From Candidatus Iainarchaeum sp. (lineage in GTDB: Archaea; Iainarchaeota; Iainarchaeia; Iainarchaeales; DTGL01): a stretch of DNA of 64,000 bases. Each line of letters begins with the position of its first letter. Position 1 is the stretch's first letter. Both the position numbers and the translations under genes were made by a program. This document shows, piece after piece, positions 45,842-54,830 of the stretch. The notes under the pieces were generated by a model, which saw nothing but the letters and a program-made list of their open reading frames with translations, had not been told where the DNA came from and ran no database searches. The stretch spans positions 76,933-140,932 of the forward strand of contig JAVYME010000001.1 in the NCBI GenBank assembly GCA_038736825.1, written 5' to 3'.

Positions 45842-45859
45842 AAAAAAAGGCGATGCAAA

Positions 45860-47272
45860 ATGGGCATAGTTGACGCACTGGAACCCATTTATTCCATTCT
45901 TCCTGAAGTGAAAACCCCAGAAGTGGCTCCCCCGCTCAAAAAAAAGATAATGTGGAGTGCAGCAGCCCTGCTGATATTCTTTATTTTGGGCAGAATTTGG
46001 CTTGTGGGAATACCAAAAGAAGACCTAAACCAGTACAACCAACTGTTAGCGTTCCAAGAACTGCTGGCAAGCGAAACTGGAACACTTTTGACTGCAGGAA
46101 TCGGCCCAATAGTTTTCGCTTCAATCATACTGCAATTGCTGGTTGGAGCAAAAATAATAGAAATAGACTTAACTGACCCAAAAGGCAAAGCCAAATTCCA
46201 GGGAATGCAAAAGCTTTTCACTATAGCAATGTGCTTTTTTGAAGGCATTATTTATCCGCTCAGTGGAATGCTGGGCCCCAATATTGGTTTTTCCAGTGCA
46301 GTCTTTTTGGGATTGCAAATAGCACTGGGCTCAATGATATTGTTGTATCTTGATGAAGTTGTAGGCAAATACGGAATTGGCTCCGGAATAGGATTGTTCA
46401 TTGCCGGAGGTGTAACGCAAAGCTTTTTCTGGCAGGTTTTCAGACCGCCATTATTTGAAAGCGAAGGCTTGGCTCCCGGAATAATCTGGCGTTTCATGTC
46501 AACACCAAACTTAATACTATTGCTTCCAATAATAGTTGCAATAATCATTTTCGCAATAATTGTTTACGCTGACGCAATCCATGTAAACATTCCAATAACA
46601 ATGGGCAGAAGAGGCTTTGGCGGCAGATATCCTGTAAGCCTCTTGTATGTCAGTGTAATGCCAGTAATACTGGCAGTAGCGCTTTTTGCAAACATTCGGC
46701 TGTGGGGCTCACTTGTATCTAATGTGCCGTTTGTTGGTGATGCAATGCGTTATCTTATATGGGCTACGGGCAATCCAGTAAGCGCTCCTGGCTGGCAATA
46801 CTTTGATTCATACATTTACAATTTATTTCCAGAACTAATAACTCAAATTGGAGCTTCAGGTTTTGAAATACTTGGAACAGTGGCCTGGCAAATGAGAATA
46901 TTGCAAGGCATTGTCTACCTTTTATTTTTGTGCATAACCTGCGTTGTTTTCGGCAAATTTTGGGTTAAAATGGGCGGCCAGAGCTCAGAAGACATTGCAG
47001 AACAGCTTGAAAGCTCTGGCATGTATGTTCCAGGCTTTAGGAGAGACAGCAGGATAATAGAGAAAATCCTTGACAGATACATTCCCCCAATAGTTGTAAT
47101 AGGCTCAATATTTGTAGCATTGCTTGCCGGAATAGGCAATATGACTCTCACTTCTGTAACCTCTGGAACAGGCATTCTTTTGACAGTTGGAATAGTCTAC
47201 AAATTGTACGAGCAAATTGCAAGAGAGCAAGCCAAAGAGTCAAGCGTGCTCTTGAAAAAACTTTTCATTTAG
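45860..47272 (+). CDS. secY: preprotein translocase subunit SecY (Sec61alpha)
   Basis: 470 aa, 10 TM. Conserved position after L15. Confidence 0.92.
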   Translation: MGIVDALEPIYSILPEVKTPEVAPPLKKKIMWSAAALLIFFILGRIWLVGIPKEDLNQYNQLLAFQELLASETGTLLTAGIGPIVFASIILQLLVGAKIIEIDLTDPKGKAKFQGMQKLFTIAMCFFEGIIYPLSGMLGPNIGFSSAVFLGLQIALGSMILLYLDEVVGKYGIGSGIGLFIAGGVTQSFFWQVFRPPLFESEGLAPGIIWRFMSTPNLILLLPIIVAIIIFAIIVYADAIHVNIPITMGRRGFGGRYPVSLLYVSVMPVILAVALFANIRLWGSLVSNVPFVGDAMRYLIWATGNPVSAPGWQYFDSYIYNLFPELITQIGASGFEILGTVAWQMRILQGIVYLLFLCITCVVFGKFWVKMGGQSSEDIAEQLESSGMYVPGFRRDSRIIEKILDRYIPPIVVIGSIFVALLAGIGNMTLTSVTSGTGILLTVGIVYKLYEQIAREQAKESSVLLKKLFI

Positions 47273-47354
47273 GAGGGAAAAGGTTTTATAATCATGGCTT
47301 TAAAAATATTATAATGGCGCCCAAAAGGGCTTTTCTGCATTTTTTGGTGGTTTT

Positions 47355-47801
47355 ATGGTGTTTATTGACCCACTTATAGAAGTTGCAATAATTGCAATTG
47401 CACTGGTAGCATTCAGCACTTTTATAAGAAACCGCTTTATGGACAAAGAAGCGGAAAAAGGCATGAAGGAAAAACAAAAAGAATTCAAAGAACTCTTAAA
47501 AAGCAAGGACAAAGCCTCAATGAAAAGACTGGAAGAAGTGCAAAAGGAACTGCTTGAACTGCAATACAAGGTCATGAGAAGCTCTATTCCCTCCATGCTC
47601 GTAATGCTTGGAGTGTTTTTCCTCCTATTACCCATAATGAATTCAAGTTATGGAGGCATACAATTCCCGCCAGCACCCTACATAGTGCTTCCAGGGCAAA
47701 GCTGGATATGGTATTACATTCTCATAGGACTAATGGTTTCAATAGCGGTTGCAATCGGAAAAAAAATAATGAAAAAAAACAAGGAAACAAAAACAGAGTG
47801 A
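47355..47801 (+). CDS. DUF106 family membrane protein (archaeal YidC/Oxa1/EMC3-like insertase homologue)
   Basis: 148 aa with three TM helices and a coiled-coil loop. Occupies the conserved archaeal position downstream of secY. Confidence 0.7.
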   Translation: MVFIDPLIEVAIIAIALVAFSTFIRNRFMDKEAEKGMKEKQKEFKELLKSKDKASMKRLEEVQKELLELQYKVMRSSIPSMLVMLGVFFLLLPIMNSSYGGIQFPPAPYIVLPGQSWIWYYILIGLMVSIAVAIGKKIMKKNKETKTE

Positions 47802-47805
47802 TTTT

Positions 47806-48147
47806 ATGCCAAAACAAAGGGAAACCAGGAAAAAAAAGGTTTTCAGGAAAACCCCTGGCGGTAAAACCAAAACAGCCTTCCTGAAAAGGCGCACTTCAAG
47901 AAAAAAATGCTCTGTATGCGGCAAAAAAATCAGCGGAACACTTCCTGCAAAAAAAGAAGCAAAAGCCAGCAAAACAGAAAAAAGACCTTCAGCACCACTT
48001 GCCGGCATACTTTGCAATTCATGCAGGGCAATTGCAGTGGAGGAAGCATTAAAGGTAAAGGAAGGCATTAAAAAGGAAAGCGAAGTGGAACTGCGCTTTA
48101 GGAAATACGCGCTTTCAGTCCTAAGCGGAATCAAAGGAGGGCTATAA
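47806..48147 (+). CDS. rpl34e: ribosomal protein L34e
   Basis: ...FRKTPGGKTKTAFLKRRTSRKKCSVCGKKISG. Confidence 0.85.
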   Translation: MPKQRETRKKKVFRKTPGGKTKTAFLKRRTSRKKCSVCGKKISGTLPAKKEAKASKTEKRPSAPLAGILCNSCRAIAVEEALKVKEGIKKESEVELRFRKYALSVLSGIKGGL

Positions 48148-48151
48148 AAAA

Positions 48152-48673
48152 ATGATTTTGGCAATTACAGGTTTGCCCGGGACTGACACCAGGAACCTGT
48201 GCAAAAGCCTGGCATTGCAGCTCGGCATAAAGTATTTGCCAAAAGAAAAAATCCTTGAAAAAACACTGGAGGAAAAAAAGGGCGGAGGAAAAAAAGAAGA
48301 AACAGAATTGAGCGAAGAATTCGTTCAAAAGCTAAGGCAGGCAATACTCGCAGAAGCAAAACAGGACCACATAATAATAGACTGGGGCCTTGCAACATGG
48401 GTTTTGAACGAAGCAGACCTAAAAGTGTTCATTCTGTCCAAGCAAAAAAACCGCGCAATGGAAATTACAAAGGCAAAAAAAATTCCCTTTGTTGAAGCAA
48501 AACAGGAATTGGAAGAAATGGAGGAGGAAGAAAGAAAAAAACTCTTGCATTTTCTCGGCGTTAACATTCATGACTTGAAATACTTTGACTTGGTAATAAA
48601 CGCAGACAAGCTTGAAATGGAAGGAATAACAGCAATAATAATGAAATTCATGAAAAACTTTAAGGTGAAATGA
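48152..48673 (+). CDS. cmk: archaeal cytidylate kinase-like protein with degenerate P-loop
   Basis: Cmk-family C-terminal half is present. The N-terminal Walker A reads ITGLPGTDTRN instead of the canonical G-PGSGKTT, so the catalytic Lys is absent. Confidence 0.65.
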   Translation: MILAITGLPGTDTRNLCKSLALQLGIKYLPKEKILEKTLEEKKGGGKKEETELSEEFVQKLRQAILAEAKQDHIIIDWGLATWVLNEADLKVFILSKQKNRAMEITKAKKIPFVEAKQELEEMEEEERKKLLHFLGVNIHDLKYFDLVINADKLEMEGITAIIMKFMKNFKVK

Positions 48674-48975
48674 TGCCCGCAATAGAAATAGGCAGAGTGT
48701 GTTATCTTGAAAGGGGCAGGAATGCAGGCACAAAAGCCATAATTGCCGAAAAACCAGAAGGCACAATCGTTACAGTGCTTGTTGGTGGAAAAAGAAAAAA
48801 ATGCAATATCAGGCACTTGTTTCCAACAAAGGAAATTGTTGACATTAGAGAAATAAAAGAAGCAAAAGTTGAAGAAAAAAAAGCAGAAAAACCAGAAAAA
48901 CCAAAACAAGAAAAGAAAAGGAAAGAAAAAAATAAAGAAAAGGCAAAAGAAGCCAAAAAAAAGAAAAAAAAGTGA
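48670..48975 (+). CDS. rpl14e: ribosomal protein L14e (KOW) with K/E-rich C-terminal tail
   Basis: EIGRVCYLERGRNAGTKAIIAEKPEGTIVTVLVGGKRKKCNIRHL. Confidence 0.85.
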   Translation: MMPAIEIGRVCYLERGRNAGTKAIIAEKPEGTIVTVLVGGKRKKCNIRHLFPTKEIVDIREIKEAKVEEKKAEKPEKPKQEKKRKEKNKEKAKEAKKKKKK

Positions 48976-48992
48976 AAAAATAGCGTTAAAAA

Positions 48993-49526
48993 ATGTGGAA
49001 AGGGAAAAAAATGAAACAAGAAACCGCAAAAGAAGAAATGCGCTACATTGTAAGGATTGCAGGAAAAGACCTTGACGGCACCAAACCAATATTTTCAGCC
49101 TTAAGGGGAATAAAAGGAATAAGCCACAGGTTTGCAAGAGTTGCAGCAATACAATTCGAAAAAGAAACAGGCATCAAATTCGATTCAAGGCTTGGAACAA
49201 TTCCAGAAAACCACGACAAAACCCTTGAAGCAATAATAACCGAACCAGAAAAGCACGGTTTTCCAGAATGGATGCTTAACAGGAGAAAAGACTTTTACAC
49301 TGGAAAAAGCAGCCACCTAATCATGGGCGACCTAGACTTTGCAAAAAGAGAAGACATCAAAAGACTCAACATAATAAAAAGCTATAGGGGCTTAAGGCAC
49401 AGCTGGGGCTTGCCAGTAAGAGGGCAAAGAACAAAAAGCACTCACAGAGGCAAAGGCCCAGTAGTCGGAGTCATGAAAAAAGAAGCCAAAAAGGGTGGCG
49501 GCGGCCAAAAAAAAGAAGGAAAGTGA
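48993..49526 (+). CDS. rps13: ribosomal protein S13
   Basis: YIVRIAGKDLDGTKPIFSALRGIKGISHRFA... Confidence 0.9.
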   Translation: MWKGKKMKQETAKEEMRYIVRIAGKDLDGTKPIFSALRGIKGISHRFARVAAIQFEKETGIKFDSRLGTIPENHDKTLEAIITEPEKHGFPEWMLNRRKDFYTGKSSHLIMGDLDFAKREDIKRLNIIKSYRGLRHSWGLPVRGQRTKSTHRGKGPVVGVMKKEAKKGGGGQKKEGK

Positions 49527-49532
49527 CAATAA

Positions 49533-50282
49533 ATGGGCGACCCCAAACGGCAGAAAAAACACTATGAGCGACCCAAAAAAATCTGGGATAAAGCAAAAGT
49601 GGAAGAAAGAAGGCATTTCACAGAAGCCTATGGCTTGAAAAACAAGAGGGAAATCTGGAAAAGCGAAACATTCCTGAGAAAAAAAAGAGCCAGTGCAAGA
49701 AAGCTTTTAGCACAACCAGTGGAAACAAGAAAACAAAGAGAAAAAGAACTATTGGAAAGCCTATTGAAAGTAGGCATCTTGAAAAAAAATGCAACACTGG
49801 ACGACGTGCTCGGCCTAAAAGTAGAAGCAGTGCTGGAAAGAAGACTGCAAACAATAGTTTGGAAGCAAGGACTGGCAGCCACGCTTAAACAGGCAAGACA
49901 ACTAATAACACATGGACACATTGGAATAAACGGAAAAAAAATAACCGCTCCAGGCTACATTGTAAGAAAAGACGAAGAAACAAAAATAGGGTTTTTGGAC
50001 AAAGCACTGGAAATAAAAATAAAAAAAGCAGCGCAAAAGAAAAAAGAAACCTTGAAACCAGAAGGAAAAGGCGCAGAAAACAAGCCAGTGGAAACAAAAA
50101 CAGTCGCTCAAGAAACAATGCCGAAAGAGGAAAAAACTGAAAAAAAAGAAGACATTGAAAAAGAAAAACCAGAAAAAAAGGAAAGCAAAGCAAAACCAGA
50201 GCAAGCAAAAACAGAAAAACCGCACAAAAAAGAAACAATCCAGAGAAAAAAAACAGGCAAGGAAGGGCAAAAAGGAGAGTGA
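49533..50282 (+). CDS. rps4: ribosomal protein S4 with ~90-aa K/E-rich C-terminal extension
   Basis: GDPKRQKKHYERPKK... and the S4 domain (RLQTIVWKQGLAATLKQARQLITHGHIGINGKKITAPGYIV). The tail is lysine/glutamate low-complexity. Confidence 0.9.
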   Translation: MGDPKRQKKHYERPKKIWDKAKVEERRHFTEAYGLKNKREIWKSETFLRKKRASARKLLAQPVETRKQREKELLESLLKVGILKKNATLDDVLGLKVEAVLERRLQTIVWKQGLAATLKQARQLITHGHIGINGKKITAPGYIVRKDEETKIGFLDKALEIKIKKAAQKKKETLKPEGKGAENKPVETKTVAQETMPKEEKTEKKEDIEKEKPEKKESKAKPEQAKTEKPHKKETIQRKKTGKEGQKGE

Positions 50283-50288
50283 AAGGAA

Positions 50289-50678
50289 ATGGTTTCACAA
50301 CGAGAAGGAATAATCCACATTTTTGCCTCACACAACAACACACTAATGCTCTTAACAGACATTACAGGCAGTGAAACACTTGCAAAATGCACTGGCGGCA
50401 TAGTGGAAAAATCCGACCACAAGCACGGCTCGCCATACACTGCAATGAAAATAGCTGAAATAATAGCAGAAAAAGCCAAAGAAAAAGGCATAACCAACGT
50501 AATAGTCAAAGTAAGAGCGCAAGGCGGCAACAAAAGCGCTTCCCCTGGAAAAGGAAGCGAAGCAGCAATAAGAAGCCTTACAAGAAACGGCATACGCATA
50601 AAATCAATAGAAAACGTAACACCAATACCGCACGATGGCTGCAGGAGAAAGAAAAAATTTAGATCAAAAAAGGGCTGA
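50289..50678 (+). CDS. rps11: ribosomal protein S11
   Basis: GIIHIFASHNNTLMLLTDITGSETLAKCTGG. Confidence 0.9.
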   Translation: MVSQREGIIHIFASHNNTLMLLTDITGSETLAKCTGGIVEKSDHKHGSPYTAMKIAEIIAEKAKEKGITNVIVKVRAQGGNKSASPGKGSEAAIRSLTRNGIRIKSIENVTPIPHDGCRRKKKFRSKKG

Positions 50679-50683
50679 AAAAA

Positions 50684-51436
50684 ATGAATGTAAAAAAAAT
50701 AAGCGAAGAAGGCAACACACTAGTGCTCTTAGTCAGCGGCACACACCCGCAATTCATGAACGCAATAAGAAGAATCGTAATGAAATCTGTTCCCACGCTT
50801 GCAATAGAAAACGTAACAATATACAAAAACGATTCAGTATTGTTTGATGAATTCCTGGCAAGCAGGCTAGGCGCACTCCCAATAAAAATAAAAAAAAGCA
50901 TGAAAAAAGGCGAAAAAGCCAAGTTTGTGCTAAAAGCAAAAGGCCCAAAAATGGTTTACGCCAGCGACATAGAATCAAAAGATGACGATGTTGAAATAGT
51001 CAACAAAGAAACCCCATTGGTAAAACTAAAAGAAGGCCAAGAAATAAAAATAGAAATGGAAGCAGTAATGGAATCAGGAAGAGAGCACGTAAAATGGCAG
51101 CCTGCAATAATATACTACAAAGAACTCCCCGAAATAAGCAACAAAAACGCCAAAATAAAAAACGCTCAAAAAATAGTTGAATCCTGTCCAAAAAAAGTGC
51201 TTGAAATAAAAGCCGGAAAAATAGTGATGAAAAACCCTTACGAATGCACTTTATGCGGTTATTGCGAAGACATTAGCGAAGAACAAATAGAAGTAAAAGC
51301 AAACTCAAACTCTTTCGTGCTCACAATAGAAACATTTGGACAGCGTGAAAGCACAAAATTGCTGGAAGAAGCTGCAGAAATACTCAAACAAAAAACTGAA
51401 TCACTGGAAGAGGAGGCTGGCAAAAAAATAAAATGA
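50684..51436 (+). CDS. rpoD: DNA-directed RNA polymerase subunit D (Rpb3-like)
   Basis: 250 aa with an Rpb3 dimerisation-like N-terminus and the Cys cluster ESCP...YECTLCGYCE. Conserved position after S11. Confidence 0.85.
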   Translation: MNVKKISEEGNTLVLLVSGTHPQFMNAIRRIVMKSVPTLAIENVTIYKNDSVLFDEFLASRLGALPIKIKKSMKKGEKAKFVLKAKGPKMVYASDIESKDDDVEIVNKETPLVKLKEGQEIKIEMEAVMESGREHVKWQPAIIYYKELPEISNKNAKIKNAQKIVESCPKKVLEIKAGKIVMKNPYECTLCGYCEDISEEQIEVKANSNSFVLTIETFGQRESTKLLEEAAEILKQKTESLEEEAGKKIK

Positions 51437-51457
51437 AAAAAAACAGCATTTCTTAAT

Positions 51458-51581
51458 GCAGGAGTACCCAAGCGGCCAAAGGGGCAGGACTTAAGAAAAT
51501 GCTCAAAAAAAAACCCGGCATTTAAAGGTTGAGATATCCTGTGGCTTAGTGCCTTCGGGGGTTCGAATCCTCCCTCCTGCA
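51458..51581 (+). tRNA. tRNA-Leu (anticodon UAA) with ~39-nt intron at the canonical 37/38 position
   Basis: Acceptor stem GCAGGAG/CTCCTGC with discriminator A. D-arm with GG. Anticodon stem CAGGA/TCCTG, loop CTTAAGA. Insertion aaatgctcaaaaaaaaacccggcatttaaaggttgagat contains a CTCAA/TTGAG helix. Long variable arm TGGCTTAGTGCCTTC. T-arm GGGGG-TTCGAAT-CCTCC. No encoded CCA. Confidence 0.8.
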
Positions 51582-51617
51582 ATACAAGAAAAAAAAACTA
51601 GAAAAAAAAGTGGTTTT

Positions 51618-51980
51618 ATGAAAGAATTAAAGAAAAAAAAGGCAACAAAAGCCTTGCTGGCAGAACTGAAAAAAGCCTCAAATGAAAGAAAGGAACAGTT
51701 ATGGGCAGACCTTGCAAAAAGGCTTTCAAAACCGTCAAGGCAGTTGCACTCAGTGAACATTGAAAAAATTTCAGCAATTGCTGGAAAAAACAAGGGCAAA
51801 ACCATAGTGGTTGCAGGCAAAGCCTTGGGCAAGGGCGAAATGCTGGAAAAAGCAGAAGTAAGCGCCTTTGCATTCAGCAAAGAGGCAAAGGAAAAAATCA
51901 ATTCCAACGGAAAAGCAATGGATTTATGGGAACTCATGGAATCCAAAAAAAAGGCAAGCGAAATCGTGGTTATATGGTGA
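51618..51980 (+). CDS. rpl18e: ribosomal protein L18e
   Basis: The track start at 51549 runs through the tRNA. The internal ATG at 51618 gives MKELKKKKATKALLAELKKAS...IVVAGKALGKGEMLEKAEVSAFAFSKEAKEKI, which is L18e-like. Confidence 0.8.
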   Translation: MKELKKKKATKALLAELKKASNERKEQLWADLAKRLSKPSRQLHSVNIEKISAIAGKNKGKTIVVAGKALGKGEMLEKAEVSAFAFSKEAKEKINSNGKAMDLWELMESKKKASEIVVIW

Positions 51981-51986
51981 AATGAA

Positions 51987-52406
51987 ATGGCAGTCATAGA
52001 TGCTTCAAACCTTGTGTTTGGAAGAATTGCAAGCATTGCAGCAGAAAGAGCACTCAAAGGCGAACAAATAGACATAGTGAACGCTGAAAAAGCCATTATA
52101 ATCGGCCACAAAGACTGCATTGTGGAAAAATTCAAAAAAAGGATAAGAATGGGAGCAAAAGGAAATCCCGAAAAAGGCCCCAAATACCCGAAAACACCGC
52201 ATGGCTTGCTAAGGCATGCAGTGAAAGGAATGCTGCCAGACAGAAAAGAGAGAGGCGTGAAAGCATTAAAGAGAGTGCGCGTATATGTTGGAATTCCAAA
52301 AAAACTGGAAAAAGAGCCAAGGGAAACAATAAAAATCGCACTATACAATGGAAAAGAGGAAGCTTCAGAGCTTGGAGAGATAAGCAAAGCACTTGGATGG
52401 AAGTGA
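51987..52406 (+). CDS. rpl13: ribosomal protein L13
   Basis: MAVIDASNLVFGRIASIAAERALKGEQIDIVNAEKAIIIG. Confidence 0.9.
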   Translation: MAVIDASNLVFGRIASIAAERALKGEQIDIVNAEKAIIIGHKDCIVEKFKKRIRMGAKGNPEKGPKYPKTPHGLLRHAVKGMLPDRKERGVKALKRVRVYVGIPKKLEKEPRETIKIALYNGKEEASELGEISKALGWK

Positions 52407-52818
52407 TTGTTTGACCAAAAAGAAAGGAATTACTGCAAAAGCGAAAAAAAAGGAAGCCAGGGCAAGAGCAGTGATAAGAAAGGGCACTGGCAAGATAAAA
52501 ATCAACAAGTTAAACCTTGAATGCGTGGAACCAAAATATGTAAGGCTTTACATTTCTGAACCGCTTGAACTGGCTGGCCCGCTTGCAAAAGAAGTGGACA
52601 TAGATGTTTCCGTTAAAGGCGGCGGCTTCATGGGTCAAGCGGTAAGCGCAAGAGCAGCAATAGCGAAAGCGCTTTTGCGGATTCACAAGTCAAGCGAACT
52701 CAAGCAAAAATTCCTCAAATATGACAGAATGCTTTTGGTTGACGACCCGAGAAGGACAGAACCGAAAAAGCCGCTGGGCACTGGCGCCAGAGCCAAAAAA
52801 CAGAAAAGCAAAAGGTGA
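52393..52818 (+). CDS. rps9: ribosomal protein S9
   Basis: GKRKEARARAVIRKGTGKIKIN... and C-terminal ...GTGARAKKQKSKR. The start may be slightly downstream. Confidence 0.88.
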   Translation: MDGSDCLTKKKGITAKAKKKEARARAVIRKGTGKIKINKLNLECVEPKYVRLYISEPLELAGPLAKEVDIDVSVKGGGFMGQAVSARAAIAKALLRIHKSSELKQKFLKYDRMLLVDDPRRTEPKKPLGTGARAKKQKSKR

Positions 52819-52823
52819 ATTGA

Positions 52824-53018
52824 ATGATTGTTCCAGTAAGATGCTTTAGTTGTGGAAAAATTGTCGGAGACAAGTATGAAGTTCTAGTGAAAGAAGTGCA
52901 AAACGGAAAAAAGGCAGAAACAGTTCTTGACGAGCTTGGAATCAAGAGATATTGTTGCAGGAGAATGCTTTTGTCCCATGTGGACTTGATTGATGAAATA
53001 ATAAAGTATGGAAAGTGA
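52824..53018 (+). CDS. rpoN: DNA-directed RNA polymerase subunit N (Rpb10)
   Basis: [19 protein letters not shown]...[19 protein letters not shown]. Confidence 0.92.
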   Translation: MIVPVRCFSCGKIVGDKYEVLVKEVQNGKKAETVLDELGIKRYCCRRMLLSHVDLIDEIIKYGK

Positions 53019-53022
53019 TTGC

Positions 53023-53703
53023 ATGGTTGAAAAAACTCTAGTGCCAGCAAAAGAATACCTTCAAACAGGAGCTCACATTGGCGCCAAATTCAAAAGCGAT
53101 GGAATGCGCAAATACATTTTCAAGCACAGAAAGGACAGCCTGAAAGTCCTTGACGTCAGCACAATAGATGAAAGGCTGAGGATTGCAGCAAAATTCCTTT
53201 CCTCTTTTGAACCATCAAAAATCGCAGTAGTATCACAAAAAGAATACGGTCAAATAGCAGTCAAAAAATTTTCAGAACTGGTGGGTGCAAAAGCCATAAC
53301 CGGACGGTTTGTGCCTGGAACCTTCACAAACCCTATCTCCAACAATTTCATGGAACCGCAAGTGCTAATAGTGACAGACCCAAACAGTGACAGACAGGCA
53401 ATAAGGGAAGCAAAAAAAATGCGTTTTCCGGTAATAGCCTTTTGCAGTACAGACAATCAGACAAAAAACATAGATTTGATTGTGCCAATAAACAACAAGG
53501 GAAGAAAAAGCCTAGCACTCGCCTACTGGTTGCTTGCAAGAGAGATTTTGCGAGAAAAGGGCATTGTCAAAAAAGAAGCGGATTTCAGTGTAAAAATAGA
53601 CGAATTCGAGTTTTCAATGGATGAAAAAGCACAACAAAAATACCGCCAGCCAGAAGAAGGCAAAGACCGCTTTGAAAGGCATGGAAAGCATTACAAGGAA
53701 TAA
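53023..53703 (+). CDS. rps2: ribosomal protein S2
   Basis: In-frame ATG at 53023 just after the rpoN stop; the track start at 53008 overlaps rpoN. S2 family sequence. Confidence 0.88.
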   Translation: MVEKTLVPAKEYLQTGAHIGAKFKSDGMRKYIFKHRKDSLKVLDVSTIDERLRIAAKFLSSFEPSKIAVVSQKEYGQIAVKKFSELVGAKAITGRFVPGTFTNPISNNFMEPQVLIVTDPNSDRQAIREAKKMRFPVIAFCSTDNQTKNIDLIVPINNKGRKSLALAYWLLAREILREKGIVKKEADFSVKIDEFEFSMDEKAQQKYRQPEEGKDRFERHGKHYKE

Positions 53704-53776
53704 TTGAAAAGGCTGTCAGGCAGCGTTTGCTGAAAAAAACCCCTGATTAAAAATTTTTTCACTGCATAAATTTTTT

Positions 53777-54568
53777 ATGAACGCGCGCATGCCGGCGGTT
53801 GCAGGACAGTTTTATCCGAAAAGCGAAAGCCAGCTTAAGAAAACCCTGGAAAACCTTTTCTTGAATGCAAAAACCACGCCCAGTTCGAGGGCAATAATTG
53901 CCCCGCATGCAGGCTACATTTACAGCGGGCGAACTGCAGCACTGGCGCATGCACGGCTTGAAAAGGCTGAAACCTTTGTATTGCTTGGCCCCAATCACAC
54001 CGGGCTTGGTCCAAGCATTTCGGTTTCTGAAAGCAGTGAATGGATTACGCCGCTTGGCAGAATAAAAACAGATGCTGTTATTGCAAAAAAAATAATTGAA
54101 AAATCTGCAGCAGAATTTGACTTGCTTGCACACATTGGAGAGCACTCTCTGGAAGTGCAATTGCCTTTTTTGCAGTATCGTTTTGGCGAATTCAAAATTG
54201 TTCCACTGACAATTGCATCTTGCAGTTTGAAAGAATTGCTTGAACTGGGAAATGCGATTGCTGAACTCAAAGGGGACATTGCGGTTATTGCCTCAAGCGA
54301 TTTCTCCCACTTCATTCCACTCAAAAAAGCGAAGGAAAAAGACCTTGAAGCAATAGAATTAGCCTTAAAAGTAAATCCCGAGGGATTCCATTCCCTTGTC
54401 AGCCAAAAAAACTTGAGCATTTGCGGTCATAATGCAATAACTGTCTTGCTTCAATACTGTAAAAAGAAAGGATTGAAAAAAGGCGAATTGCTGGAATACT
54501 GCACTTCTGCTGACAGGACAGGCGACCAAAGCAGTGTTGTTGGCTATGCAGGCATTGCATTTCATTAA
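53777..54568 (+). CDS. MEMO1/AmmeMemoRadiSam system protein B family protein
   Basis: MPAVAGQFYPKSESQL...AIIAPHAGYIYSGRTAALAHA...LGPNH is the Memo-like signature. Conserved archaeal neighbour of S2. Confidence 0.85.
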   Translation: MNARMPAVAGQFYPKSESQLKKTLENLFLNAKTTPSSRAIIAPHAGYIYSGRTAALAHARLEKAETFVLLGPNHTGLGPSISVSESSEWITPLGRIKTDAVIAKKIIEKSAAEFDLLAHIGEHSLEVQLPFLQYRFGEFKIVPLTIASCSLKELLELGNAIAELKGDIAVIASSDFSHFIPLKKAKEKDLEAIELALKVNPEGFHSLVSQKNLSICGHNAITVLLQYCKKKGLKKGELLEYCTSADRTGDQSSVVGYAGIAFH

Positions 54569-54755
54569 AAACAAAAGCAAAGCACTAATGCAAAAAAATT
54601 GTTTGAAAAAGCAAAAAAAGGCATATAAAGCCATAAAAACAGCTTAAAAGGCTAAAAAAAGAAAAAAAGCCAAAAAAAGGGCTGAAAACAGCAAAAAACA
54701 AAAAAAAAGGCAAAAAACCCAAAAAACAGTATGTTTAAATAAAATTAACTCGCTA
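54569..54755 (+). repeat. phased A-tract low-complexity intergenic region
   Basis: About 185 nt of A5-9 runs punctuated by short G/C elements (aaaaaaaggc, aaaaaaagcc, aaaaaaagggc, aaaaaaaaaggc, aaaaaaccc). Immediately upstream of the trmB-like gene. Confidence 0.6.
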
Positions 54756-54830
54756 ATGTTATATGTAAAGTATATAAATGAGAATGTTGTTATAATATTG
54801 TTTGTTTTGGCTGGACAGGGATTGGTTTAT

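Noticed and set aside
48869-49075. Periodic AAG/AAA nucleotide repeats that could be mistaken for a repeat array or CRISPR-like structure
   Set aside because: No direct repeats of fixed length with unique spacers. The periodicity is codon-level (Lys/Glu codons) within the L14e tail coding region.
49885-50343. Antisense ORFs (152 aa, 122 aa) opposite the rps4 C-terminal extension
   Set aside because: Same artefact: the complement of a lysine-rich coding repeat yields poly-Phe/Leu ORFs.
54756-54830. N-terminal 25-aa extension of the TrmB-like ORF (MLYVKYINENVVIILFVLAGQGLVY)
   Set aside because: Hydrophobic and AT-rich, with no RBS. The internal ATG at 54831 gives a canonical TrmB wHTH N-terminus, so the extension is probably not translated.
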